Shown here: piece after piece, positions 52,597-64,000 of the stretch
Position numbering within the stretch: the first letter of the stretch is position 1
How the letters are laid out: the number at the start of each line of letters is the position of its first letter
Origin: Vicugna vicugna
Lineage: Eukaryota
Length of the DNA stretch: 64,000 nt
Reading direction: 5' to 3'
NCBI GenBank assembly: GCA_013265495.1
Contig: MU058844.1
Span: 11,306,184 to 11,370,183, forward strand
Translations under genes and position numbers: made by a program
The notes under the pieces: model-generated
Database searches by the model: none
The model's input: the letters and a program-made list of their open reading frames with translations, nothing else
Told to the model about the DNA's origin: nothing

Positions 52597-53866
52597 CTTT
52601 TAAGACTTTTTTTTTTTTAAACAATTGAAAAGTTCACAGCAAAACTGAAGGGAAGGTAGAGATTCCCCATACACTCCCTGCCCCTGCACACGCATAGCCT
52701 CCACCACTGTCAACATCCTCCACCAGCTGCTATAACTGCTGACCCTACAATGACACATCAATATCACGCAAACTTCACAGTTTACATTACAGTTCACTCT
52801 TTATATTCATTCTACATGGGTTTGGACAAATATCTAATGACATGCATCAGTTATTATGGGATCATCCAGAATATTTTCACTGCCCTAAAAGTCCCTAGTG
52901 CCCACTTATTAACCTTCCCCCTCACAACCCTTGACAACCACTGATCCTTTTTACTATCATCACAGTTTTCCAGAATGCCATATAGTTGGAATCACATAAT
53001 ATATAACCTTTCATACTGGCTTCTTTCACTTAGTAATATGCACTTAAGTTTCCTCCATGTCTTCTCATGGCCCGATAGCTCTTTTTTTAGTGCTGAGTAA
53101 TATTCCATTGTCTGATGTACCACAATTTACTTATCCATTCACCTTCTGAAAGACATCTTGATTGCTTTCCAGTTTTGGCAATTATAAATAAAGCTGCCAT
53201 AAACACCTATATGCAAGTTTCGGTGTGGACCTAAGTTTTCAACTCCATTAGGTACATACCAGGGAGTACGATTGCTAATCATTTGGTAAGAGTATGTTCA
53301 GTTTTATAAGAAACTGCCAAATTGTCTTTCAAGGGGTCTGTCCCATTTTGCATTCCAAGCAGTAGTGTGTGAGAGTTCATGCTTGCCAGCATTTGGTATT
53401 GTCAGCGTTCTGGATTTTGCATATTCTAATAGGTGTGTGTTGGTATCTCAATATTGTTTTCATTTGTATTTCCCTGATGACAAATGATGCTGGACATCTT
53501 TTTTATATGCTTATTTACAATCTATATATCTTCTTTGGTGAGCAGTCTATTAAGGTCTTTGGTTCATTTTTTAATTGGGTTGTTTGTTTTCTTACTGTTG
53601 AGTTTTAAGAGTTATTTGCATAATTGGGTACCAGAGTTTTATCAGATGAGTATTTTGCAAATATTTGCTCTCATTTTATGGCTTGTCTTCTAATTCACTT
53701 GATCTTGACTTTAACAGAGCAAAAGTTTTTAATGAAGCCTGGCTTATTAATTATTTTTTTCATGGATCATGGCCTTAGTGTTGTATCTAAAAAGTCATTA
53801 CCATATCCAAGGCCATCTAGCTTTTCTTATATGTTATCTAAGTAGCTTTAGAGTTTTTGTGTTTGC
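52597..53866 (-). mobile_element. L1MC1/2-like 5'-truncated insertion within the L1MD
   Basis: A T-run, then GTTCACAGCAAAACTGA...CCCTGCACACGCATAGCCTCC. The flanks are CAAATTTCATTT (52585-96) and CAAAGTTCATTT (53867-78). Confidence 0.85.
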
Positions 53867-55897
53867 CAAAGTTCATTTTTTGTCAAAGGCTATACAACTG
53901 CTTTAGCATCATACATTGAAAAAGTCACCTTTCTTCCATTGAATTTTTTTGCAACTTTGTAAAAAAAATCAGTTGGGCTATTTGTGTCAGCCTATTTCTG
54001 GGTCTCTATTCTTTCCCACTGATATATATCTATCTACCAATACCACACAATCTTTTTTACTGTAGCATTTTATCCGATAAATCTTAAAAAAATGATAGGC
54101 TGATTCCTTCTCCATTTATCTTCTACAAAATTATTTCACCTGTTTGAGTTTCTGTGCCTTTTACATAAATTTTAGAATGCCTTGTTCATTTCTACAAAAC
54201 ATCTTGATAGCATTTTAGTAAGTATTGCACCTAATTCATGTATCAATTTGGATAGAATTAACATCTTTACTATGCAAATCTTCCAATCCATAAAGATAAT
54301 ATGTTTCTCCATTTATTTCAATTCTTGGATTTCGATTCTATGATTTTATCAACATTGTACCATTTTCATCATACAAGTCCTGTACTTGTCTTATTACATT
54401 TATATCTGTCATTCTTTTTTAAGTAACTGCTAGATTAAGAAATAAAATTGATTTCTGCACATATCTTATGATGTTGCTAAAATTGCTTTTGTTTAAGAAT
54501 TCATGGAATTATCTGTGAAGACTATCATGTCATCTGTTAACAAGGGACGGTTTTACTTCTTTTTTTTTCCAATCTGTATGCTTTTTATTCCATTTTCTTA
54601 TTGCACTGGCTAAAATTTCTGGTACCGTGTTAAATAAGAGTTGTAAGAACAGAAATACTTGCTTTATTCTTGAAATGAAGAAGTATTCAGTCTTTCTCTA
54701 AGCATAATTTCAGGTATAAGACTTGTGGATGTTCTTTATCAACTTGAGGAACTATCTCTTTATGAGTAGTTTTCTGAAAGATTTTATCATTAATGAGTAC
54801 TGAATTTTGTCAAATTCTTTTTCTGAACTGAATTGTAACATCATGAGGCTTTTCCCTTTGCCTGCTAATATGGTGGTTTATAATGATTTATTTTCGAATA
54901 CTGAAATGGCCTTGCATCCTGGAATAAAACCTAGTTGGTCGTGATACTTAATTATTTATGACTAAATTCCACCTGCCATTATTTTTCTAAGGACGTACAC
55001 GTCCTATTCAAGAGGGGAATCAGTCTGTAGGTTCCTTCTTTCATACTATCTTTGTCTAGTTTTGATATCACGGTAATACCAGCTCATAAAATAAACTGAG
55101 TGTGATTCTTCTTTTTCTATTTTTCAGAAGAGGCTACTTAGAATTGATATTGCTTCTTTTAAAGTTTGGTATGATTCTCCATCAGGGATTAGAAATTTTT
55201 TTTTAAAAAAAAATCAATTGTTAATTAATTTTCCTTAGTAGTTACAGGTCTCTTCCAGTTGTGTATTTTATATGAAATAAGTTACAGTGGTTTGTGTTTT
55301 TTGAGGCATTTGTTGTCAAATTTGTATGTGTGAACTTGCTCATACTATTTCCTCATCTTTTTAAGGTTTTCAGGACCTGTAGGGATACACTTTATTTCAT
55401 GACTGGTATCAGTAACGTGTGTCTTCTTTGGAGTTTTGGGGGTCAGTTTTACTAAAGAGTTAAAGATTTTAGTGATCTTTCTAACAAATCAGCTCTTTAT
55501 GTCACTGATTTTTTTCTGTTGTTTTCTGTTTTCAGTAAATTTTGTTGATTTTTGCTTTAATCTTTGTTTCCTTCCCTATGTTTACTTTTGGGTTCATTTT
55601 GATTTTCTTTTTCTAGGTTCTTTGCGGGGGGAGGTTAGATTATAGATTTGAGACTTTCACTCTTTTCTAACATTTCATTCAGTTAGTGCTACAAATTTCC
55701 CTCTCAGCACTGATTTAGCTTTATCCCTTAAATTTTAGTATATAGTATTTTCATTACATTCAGTTCAACGCATATTTGCATTTTTAACATTTCTCTTAAG
55801 ATATTCTCATTTATAAATTATTTAGAAGTGCACTGTTTAGTTTTTTAGGTATGTGGAAATTTCCTATTTTTCTGTTATCAATTTCTAGTTTGATTCC

Positions 55898-56815
55898 AAA
55901 TTACATATCTCATAAGAATCTAGTATTCAAAACATATAAAGAACTCTTACAACTCAACAACAAAAACTCAGACAACCAAATTTAAAAATGGGTAAAGGAT
56001 TTGGATCAACAGTTTTCCAAAGATATACAATTGGCCAAGAAAGCACACGAAACAATGCTCAACCTTATCATCATCAGGGAAATACAAATCAAAACCACAA
56101 TGAGATACCACCTCACACCAACTAGGACAGTAGCAGTACTACTGCAGATGATGATGGGGAGAACTAGAAACGTCTTATGTTGCTAGTAAGAATATAAAGC
56201 GGCACAGGTGAAGTGCAACTACCAAATGTGTTAAACACAGAATTACCATATGACACAGCAATTCCACTCCAAGATACATACCAAAAGAACTGAAACCAGA
56301 ATTGTGTTCAAACAAAACCTTGCACATGAATTTTCCCAGCAGCATTGTTCATATTAGTCAAAGGTAGAAACAAACTAAATGTTAATCAAGAAATGAATGG
56401 ATAAACAAAATATGATGTATCTATACAAGGGAATATATTTCAACCATTTTAAAAAAAGACTTAAGTACTGATACATACCACACTATCAATGAACCTTGAC
56501 AACACTGTGCTAAGTGAAAGAAGCCAGTCACAGAAACCATACATTACAATATTTAATTTATATGAAATATCCAGACTAGGCAAGTCTATAGAGAAAGAAA
56601 GTAAAACAGTGATTTCTTAGGGCTCAAGGGATAAGGAAGCAGAGGATCATAGCTGAATGATACAGGGTTCCTCTTTGCAGCATTAAAAGTATTCTAAAAT
56701 TATTGAGGTGATGGTTGCACATATCTGTTAGTATACTAAAAAGTACTGAATTACACATTTTAAATAGGTGAATTATATGGCAAGTGAACTATATCTCAAC
56801 AAAGCTATTTTTAAA
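55898..56815 (+). mobile_element. L1MB-like ORF2 end and 3' UTR, opposite in orientation to the host L1
   Basis: ORF 56001..56186 (IIREIQIKTTMRYHLTPTR). The 3' end is GGTGAATTATATGGCAAGTGAACTATATCTCAACAAAGCT. Confidence 0.88.
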
Positions 56816-57355
56816 AGTGAATATGATTTAATTATAAACTATCACATTAGGAAGTAAACAATGACATCTTACAAAAAAAAAAAAAAAAACAAAACCAGAA
56901 ACAGAAGGAAACCCAAAGAACACACCAGCATGTCATTCTTTAGGGCCTGAGTTCTCAAGCTTGTATGTCTTCTCTCCACCTTTCAGTCTTATGTTTGCTT
57001 TATATATAAATGTCCAGGGATTTTACTTTTACTTAGCAGAAGAGATAGAAAAAAATACAGCTAACTCCATCTTCCTGGAAGTGGAATCCCCCAGTGTGTG
57101 TTATTTTAAGCTGGTAAGTTTGTAGCAAAATTATCACGCAACAATAAATAATACAGCATGCAGTTGTATGTGTGACCCTTAAGTACCAGCAGGTAAATAC
57201 TTACCACAGAGCATTATTATAAGCATTAAGTTAGATAATGTTAATAAATTGACAGTAACATACAAATCTCACCTATGTGCCAGCTCCACATAGTGGTAGA
57301 GAATACATAAATGAGTGTTCAAATCCCTGTTCCTCTATTAACAGTGTCCACTAAT

Positions 57356-57535
57356 CAGTATTCCTGAACCCTAGTGGCATGTTGGGATCACCTAGGGAGT
57401 TTTGAAAAATTAAAAATCCCCAAGCTACAGTAAAGATTGGTTTAAAAAAGAACATCTAGGCATGGATCCCTTGAGCCAATATTTTAAAAATCTTTTCATG
57501 TGATTCTGATAATCAGTGAGTTTCGGGAACCACTG
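57356..57535. mobile_element. MER5A-like MITE
   Basis: CAGTATTCCTGAACC...GATCACCTAGGGAG...GTGATTCTGAT...GGGAACCACTG, about 180 bp with inverted termini. Confidence 0.75.
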
Positions 57536-57664
57536 TCATTGAAATTGTTTCCTATTCTATAAAATGAGGATAATAAGGGATAATAATAAGACAATGATAT
57601 GTTTGTCACAGCTTACTGTATGCTGTAAATAACTTGCTCTAAATCAAGTTCTGAGCACAGTACA

Positions 57665-57870
57665 GCATTTTGAGTGGATGGAGTGCAAGCTTTGTAACCA
57701 GGGCCATGATCAGCTGCACCACTTTTTAGGTCTGTCATTGGTCAACTCACATGATTTTGAGACTCATTTCCCTCATTTCTAACCTGGAGGAAACTGTATT
57801 TAATTCAGGGAGTTAATCTAAGGATAAAATTAGATAACATATATAAAAGCACATCACACATTTTAGGTAC
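57665..57870 (+). mobile_element. MIR
   Basis: GAGACTCATTTCCCTCATTTCTAA...AAGGATAAAATTAGATAACATATATAAAAGCAC. Confidence 0.7.
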
Positions 57871-59297
57871 ATTAGTTTCCAAAACTTCTTCCCTAAATGT
57901 CTCTGCAAAGCATCCTTACAATCATACTATAAATTTTCATATGGAATTTTAAATGCTAGGAAGGAAAAAGATACCTTATATTAGTCCAGCCATCTGGATG
58001 TACTGATAGTTCTTTGACCTTTTCTAGGTCTGGCTACTGACATAGTATGATTTTAAGGTAAAGGCTGCAGAAGTCTGCCTCATTAAGGAAAAAGTAGGCT
58101 TATTTTTCAAGCATACATTATTGGACTTTGCCTCTACTTCTTCCACACTATCTATTTTATCTCCCTTTCCTAAGATTTCTGCATATCACCCGTATTCCAG
58201 TAGCTACTGAGTACAAAAGGCTGAGATATCATCTCCAAGATACCTCTTCTGACATTCTAGAAACATACATATTTAAAAGAGGTCCTCTATCTGTGAAATT
58301 GAGAATGCTTCCCTAAAATTAGCAGCCTGGTGAGATTTCTGGGATTCCCAATGAAGGAATTCTGAGTGATTTCTCTGCACTATCTATCCTTTCTTTAACC
58401 TCATGAAATTTGTTCCGAATCCATTCAAGTGGGTTATACTATAGAATATGTGAAACAGACTTCTGGGGATCTGAAAGATGTAATGCAAACCTCAAAACTG
58501 CCCTGTTTCAGATATATGAATTAGTAATCACAAACTCAATACTTCGACTTAGTAAAACACAATGGTTACCCATACCCCCACCAATCTGAAGGTGTGGTTG
58601 ACTGCAGAAAAGCAATCATTTTGAGAACTTTACAAAATAATTCTCTTCCTGGTATAGTTATAACTGTAAAATATCAGTTGATACATTGTCTTATCTTTAG
58701 ACAATTAGGCCAGTGGAAGCATGATTAGATTCTAAAGTATAATATTTGAGATTATACTGTACACCAAATCAGAAATTGAAATAACCCATTAAACATATTA
58801 AAAGACTTCTAAAGACAAAACCCCTCAGTCTGGAATAAAAAGACCCGAAACAAAATGACAAAAGAAACAAGACCCAAAGGAAAACACTTACATTTTCTAT
58901 TTATAAGTACCATTAGAATAACAAAGTCATACTGTGAAAATAAGATAGTAAAATGGCTTGTTTTAATAAGCCATTGCCAAGGTATTTTAGGAAACAAATA
59001 TTTTGCAACAACAGAGTTGAGTCATCCCTAAGTACAGAATATATTTTCTAAACAGCTTCTTTTGGTCAGAATCCGGGGTTTAATTTTTGGCCAGCTTTTA
59101 AATGCTTTCTTACAAAAGAACTATTTTTAACTGAGTCATGATATTCCTTTCATTCTCAGAAGTAGTTTTGTGTGATTAAGGGTTGGGGGAGGCCGAAAGG
59201 AGATGGATAGGACACGAACAAAAGCACGTAGCAGGACAAAGATGCCAGCACTTACAGCAGTGATTTAGGCTTCCTGGATTTCTGTTGATTTCTTTAC

Positions 59298-59332
59298 CTT
59301 GAAAAAGTCTAAGCCTTTTCATTTTCTTGAAT
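59298..59332 (-). other. Candidate 35-nt exon of an unidentified transcript
   Basis: ttttgcttctgtttag|ATTCAAGAAAATGAAAAGGCTTAGACTTTTTCAAG|gtaaag has a good acceptor and donor in unique sequence. Confidence 0.3.
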
Positions 59333-59893
59333 CTAAACAGAAGCAAAATGGACTTTCAGCTATTCCAATCTAAACTAAGCTCCTATTTTCCTACTAGAAA
59401 GTGCTATTAACTGAGAAAGATACGTTATATAAGAGCCAAATAAATAAGACTCCATTTAAAGGACCCTAAGAATGCACACAATGAACACAAAAATCAATGT
59501 GAGCCTCTTTGACAACTGAAATTAGGTGTCTCATAATGTTTTGCCAGCTTCATAAAGCATTGTATATTTGCAAAGTAACCCTCTCTGCCTCTGTGTTCCT
59601 TTATCTTCCTTTGCCTCTCTCGTTAAAAAACAATTTGCCCTTCTGCTAACATTTCATAGGCTTAGGGACTTTCTTTAAGACTTGGTCACAAAAACTTGAA
59701 TTGGTGGCACCGGCACTGCTAACGGCAAATTAACCTGGAAAAATACCCTGGGATTGTTCAGTAGCACATTACCATTGATAATTTGTATTTTGAAGTTTGG
59801 CTTTCTTTTCCTTCTATATTATGTGGCATTGAAAGAAAAATGAAGACAGACTTCAGAGGCTTGCCTGGAAAAAAACAAAATGCCTAGTTTTAC

Positions 59894-59918
59894 CTTGCGG
59901 TATCTAACATTCTCATAT
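59894..59918 (-). other. Candidate 25-nt exon of an unidentified transcript
   Basis: ctcaattctgtacctttag|ATATGAGAATGTTAGATACCGCAAG|gtaaaa. Confidence 0.3.
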
Positions 59919-61604
59919 CTAAAGGTACAGAATTGAGCTGTGAGACACTGGTTTAAGGTTAGAAGAGGGAACTGGTTGGCTGCTTCAAATCAAGTTTCTC
60001 AGACAAGGACAAACCACAGTAAAGCACCACCGCCTGTTAAACAGATGTACTGAGAGACACGCTATCGGAGCAAAAATCTTCAACGCTAAACGTGTTTTGC
60101 TAAACTTTTCATACCTCACTCTGAAATCTGATTTTATTTTTAAAGGAAAAGAATTAGTAAGAAAATGATTCATTTTAGGCATGAGTTATTCTATTATTAA
60201 AATAATATGGCCTACGACTGCTTTTGAGGTCCCGTCTGACCACTCACTGAAAAATTCAACTCCTAATGCTCAATGTAGCATCTCCATTTACCTTAACTCA
60301 CTCCACTCTTTCCTTTTTGTACATTCTCACATGCATACATAATTCATGCAATTTTGTATTGATTGATTGTTGAAGGTCTCCTCTTATTTACATATAAAAT
60401 CTATGAGGGCAGAAGTCTTTGTTTTAGTCACTGGTGTTATCCCGAGAGTATAGAGTAATGCCTAGCAAAACATATTTGGTGAAGGCGTGAATGAACAGCA
60501 CCATGACACACATTCATCAGAATCCCTGTCCCACTATCTAGGTATTAGCCCACCGGAAGCTGAGTTAGTTTTTAGTGCTGGCTCCAACGTTTAATCTCTG
60601 TATTAGCTATTGACTATAATTGACTCTACCTGCATCCATTTTACAAACATAAATTCTACAGTTTGAAAAATACTGCATTTTCTCCCAGTCTCAAAGGAGT
60701 ATGTGACAAAATCAGAAAGAGACGTAAAACCATATAGCGTTGTATGTATGCATTACAGTGAAAAAATACTTCCAGCATTCATCTTCTACAAGTCTCCATT
60801 CTTTAAATAAACAACAGATAAGAAAAAGGAGAACAAATAATAAGCTACATCATTTTGCCTTGGTTTAACGGACCAGAAGAATCTAATTTGAAAATGCTAA
60901 AAAAAAAAAGAAAAAGTGTTGAAATGAAATAATAATCCCACAGACCTAGAGAGAGCTTGGGTTTCACTGCTGAAGTTCTGAACTTCAATACAGAGGAATG
61001 CCAGATTTCTGTTTAGAAAATGATTCTCTGTGACATTTCAGTGAGTTGTCAAATCTATAACCTCCATTTTTTGACTGTCACTAGAGGACGATGCCTTTCC
61101 TGTGGGGGTTACACCTCTGTGAGTGGTTAAAAAAGGAAGGGCGAGCTTTCTGCACACGGCACCATCATTCACTGAAGAAGGTTATTTTCGTGCTAAATCA
61201 TCTGCACGAAACCATATGGTTAGAAGAAAATAGACTATTAGCCAATATACAGCATCTCCAGAGGGCACTAGACTGGCATTAGATGCCTGCTGATTTGTTT
61301 GCTATTTGAATAGATGCCTTCTTTTCCTTGGCTCATTGAAGGAAATTGTGATTTGGGGCAGTAAGCCCACTTTAAAAGACAGAATAGAACAGAATTTCTT
61401 CAAATAAGAAACACCTTCCGGTATTTTACATATATTTACATGTAGACATGAATCTTGATCTCAAGGAATTTACAAATCAGAAGAGGATAAAGCCCGCACA
61501 TACAAAGCCACAGTGAAATTATAATGTGATAAATGCCACATAAAAACACATCAAGGCTATATATTTCAATGCTTTTGGTAAAAAAATAAAATAAAATGAA
61601 AACA

Positions 61605-61711
61605 TTTATCTTGAATTTTCAGTCTCCAGAATTGTCAGAAAATAAAGCATCTAGTTTTTAAGCTATGTAGTCTGTGGCACTTTGCGATGACATCCCTAAC
61701 AAATTAATACA
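61605..61711 (+). mobile_element. MLT1 LTR 3' fragment
   Basis: CTTGAATTTTCAGTCTCCAGAATTGTCAGAAAATAAA...TTTAAGC...CCCTAACAAATTAATACA. Confidence 0.8.
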
Positions 61712-64000
61712 ATGCATATGAACCCAAAACACTGTCTTTTCTGGAATTAATAGATAAATCAAACTAATGGAAAATTGGTGACTCCTGCTCCTGTAAAGAT
61801 AGCAATAATCAAAAGGCCTTTGTAGAAAAAAGTCTCCATTTGGGTGTAAAGATAAATATTAAATGTACAGGAATTTCAGATACAACAATGATAAATACAA
61901 AACAACTAATATTTGCAATGTATTTTTACCATGACTCTTCTGTTTAGTATTATCAACCTTGTGAACTGGCTTTGTAGATTTCAATCTACAGATTGGCTTG
62001 TTCAACCCACATAGCTGGAATGTGAACCCAGGCCCCCTAACTTTAAATCCTATTGTATCACAATGTCACCTCTGTGTGCCAGTTTCATTTGGGTTGAATT
62101 TCTTTTGTGTTAATTGCCTTTAGTGAAGGACATTCAATTTTTTTTTAATGTCGGTAAAGACCATGTTCCTTGTAAGCGATGGAAATACCAGCAATCCGGT
62201 ATAACAGGTAAGTTTATTTTCCAATAATTCAAAATCATTAATTTTGTTTTTATAATGTTAATTAATCCAGCCTCTCAAAACAAGAAGATCACTCAGCCTT
62301 CTGGGTTGTAATCTGTGCCTTAAAATTGAATTGGAAACTGTATTATTCACTATTTTAGAACGCCCAATATATATAGGACAGAAACACCTCAATTATCTAA
62401 GCAGAACCCAGTAACTCTCAGCATGATGACTGCTACATTTATCGGTACGAGGTTACAACTGACTCATTTCAATTTCTGTTATTTTCTACATTGTTGTGTA
62501 ATAAGAACTGATATTTAGGATGAGAGAACTGAAGATTTTCTAACATCAAATAGCCAATTATAACTAGCAAGCTTTATTTACAAGTCAAAACAAAATGGAG
62601 ACATGTTTTTATTAAATTTTTGACCAAAAACATTGCAATTAACAGCACTTCATATTGCTATAATATGGCATTTACCATTTTCTACTTTCACTATAGTTTT
62701 GTATGTACATGTTTTAACCTCTACTTATTTGTAAATTCTTGAGATTAAGATTAATGTCTAATTCATCTTTGCAACCTCACTTTGTCCTCCTTGTAGGTTT
62801 CCAATCAATATTTAATTCATGGATAAATTAATTATAAGCCAAATAGTTTCTATGGATCACTCAGATATTACAAATGTGAATTAAATCAAAATAATCCACT
62901 AAGTAATGATTTTCTATCAAAGAAAACTTGTACATCAAAATAAGAGTATTTATACCTCAGACAGATAGTAAACAAATGAACTACTACCATATGGCAGAGT
63001 CCTTTCATCCGGGTTAAACAGATTTTGTATATTAATTTATACATGGTGTTTATCAAATTTTCATTGCATAAGAAAGTTTTCTTCTGTAAAAATTTCTGCA
63101 TTTGGTCTGTGGTTTAGGAAACCAAAGTCCATTAGTCTAGCTTATTTATACCATCACCTTGGCACAGAGAACTCCCCTGGGATATTTGGGAAGCAAACGT
63201 CCTCTCCTGCTGTTTCAATTAGCACCCTAGAACGCTCATTACCTTTAGTAGAAACTATCTTTGAAACCGTAGCACCTTTCAGCTTGAAATATGTTTTCTG
63301 ACAGGTTCAGAGGCAAAAGGTTTAGGATTTTTATTAGGGGATTTACATGGGGTTGAAAATTTTAACTGGAGGAAGACATTGGCCAAAACATTCAGAGAAA
63401 GTGATCACCAATCCCTCCTGCTGCTTAGCAAAATAACCAAGTCCAGTCTTAGAGCACAGGGGGGTTAGAATGCTAGGAACACACCTGGCCAGCGTTACAA
63501 ATGAGAAAGCCTTGGAATCCTAAGTCAAGTCCCTCATCAGCTAGGGTTACAGCACCTACTTCCTCACTTTGTCTACCTTTTGAGTTGAGACAGTACAAAC
63601 ATTTCTTTTATCTTTCCCCACTTGATTATGTGGCTCCAGCCGCCAGTCAACACGGTTTACTGAGACTCTTTTCTATGGGGAAGCTGTGCTATCGTGCTGT
63701 GGATCAGCACACAAGAGAGAAGGAAATTATCCCTGCCTTTGAACATTTCCAAATATGAAGAACCTAGGGAAGAAGTTAATTCCAACGTCGCCCATTCTTT
63801 TATCGGTCTGTAAGGAGAAAGAGACAGAAATTAACAGAAACAAGCGCTGCCAAGGCCATTTCCTTCTCCTGATTTGGGTATACTGTCATGAGAAAGACAC
63901 ATGGGATACAATCAGAATCCTCAGGCTCACATAAATTGGCCTTATTTTTAGGGAAGTACCCCACATGAATCTGAAAACACACGCCATTTACTGAAAGGTG

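Larger units (their letters stand above)
51389..57088 (-). mobile_element. L1MD-like LINE-1 (3' UTR, ORF2 and 5' terminus) carrying nested insertions
   Basis: 3' end TTTTACTTTGAGATGACTGTGGATTC...AATAATACTGAGAGAT. ORF 52058..52405 is ORF2-like (MDFIKIEK...DWEKI...ISDKGL). ORF2 continues at 53880-55895. An L1 5' terminus-like TTCCACTTCCAGGAAGATGG lies on the minus strand at 57067-57086. Confidence 0.8.

Noticed and set aside
1..64000. CRISPR arrays, operons, prokaryotic defence systems, intact retroviral or transposase genes
   Set aside because: No repeat-spacer array was seen, and the longest ORF is 135 aa and derives from L2. The sequence is mammalian repeat-rich DNA.

Overview
This is AT-rich eutherian genomic DNA, not prokaryotic. 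A vic-1-type tRNA-derived SINE, lineage-specific L1 3' ends and the apparent absence of Alu, BovB, PRE-1 and Can-SINE suggest a camelid, though that is an inference. A large part of the window is decayed transposable elements: several LINE-1 copies of different ages, L2, MIR, L3, MaLR (MLT1) and ERV1-type solo LTRs, and hAT DNA transposons (MER45B, MER58, MER5). I could not identify any intact protein-coding gene, and the ORF track is explained by L1 remnants and chance ORFs. The best non-repeat signals are a CpG-retaining cluster of CTCF motifs at about 20.8-21.2 kb and a set of frame-compatible minus-strand candidate exons at about 59-64 kb that I could not assign to a known gene. Several insertions have readable target-site duplications, internal deletions or nesting. 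I found no convincing novel biological system. Subfamily names are recognised by eye, and repeat boundaries are approximate unless a TSD is given.
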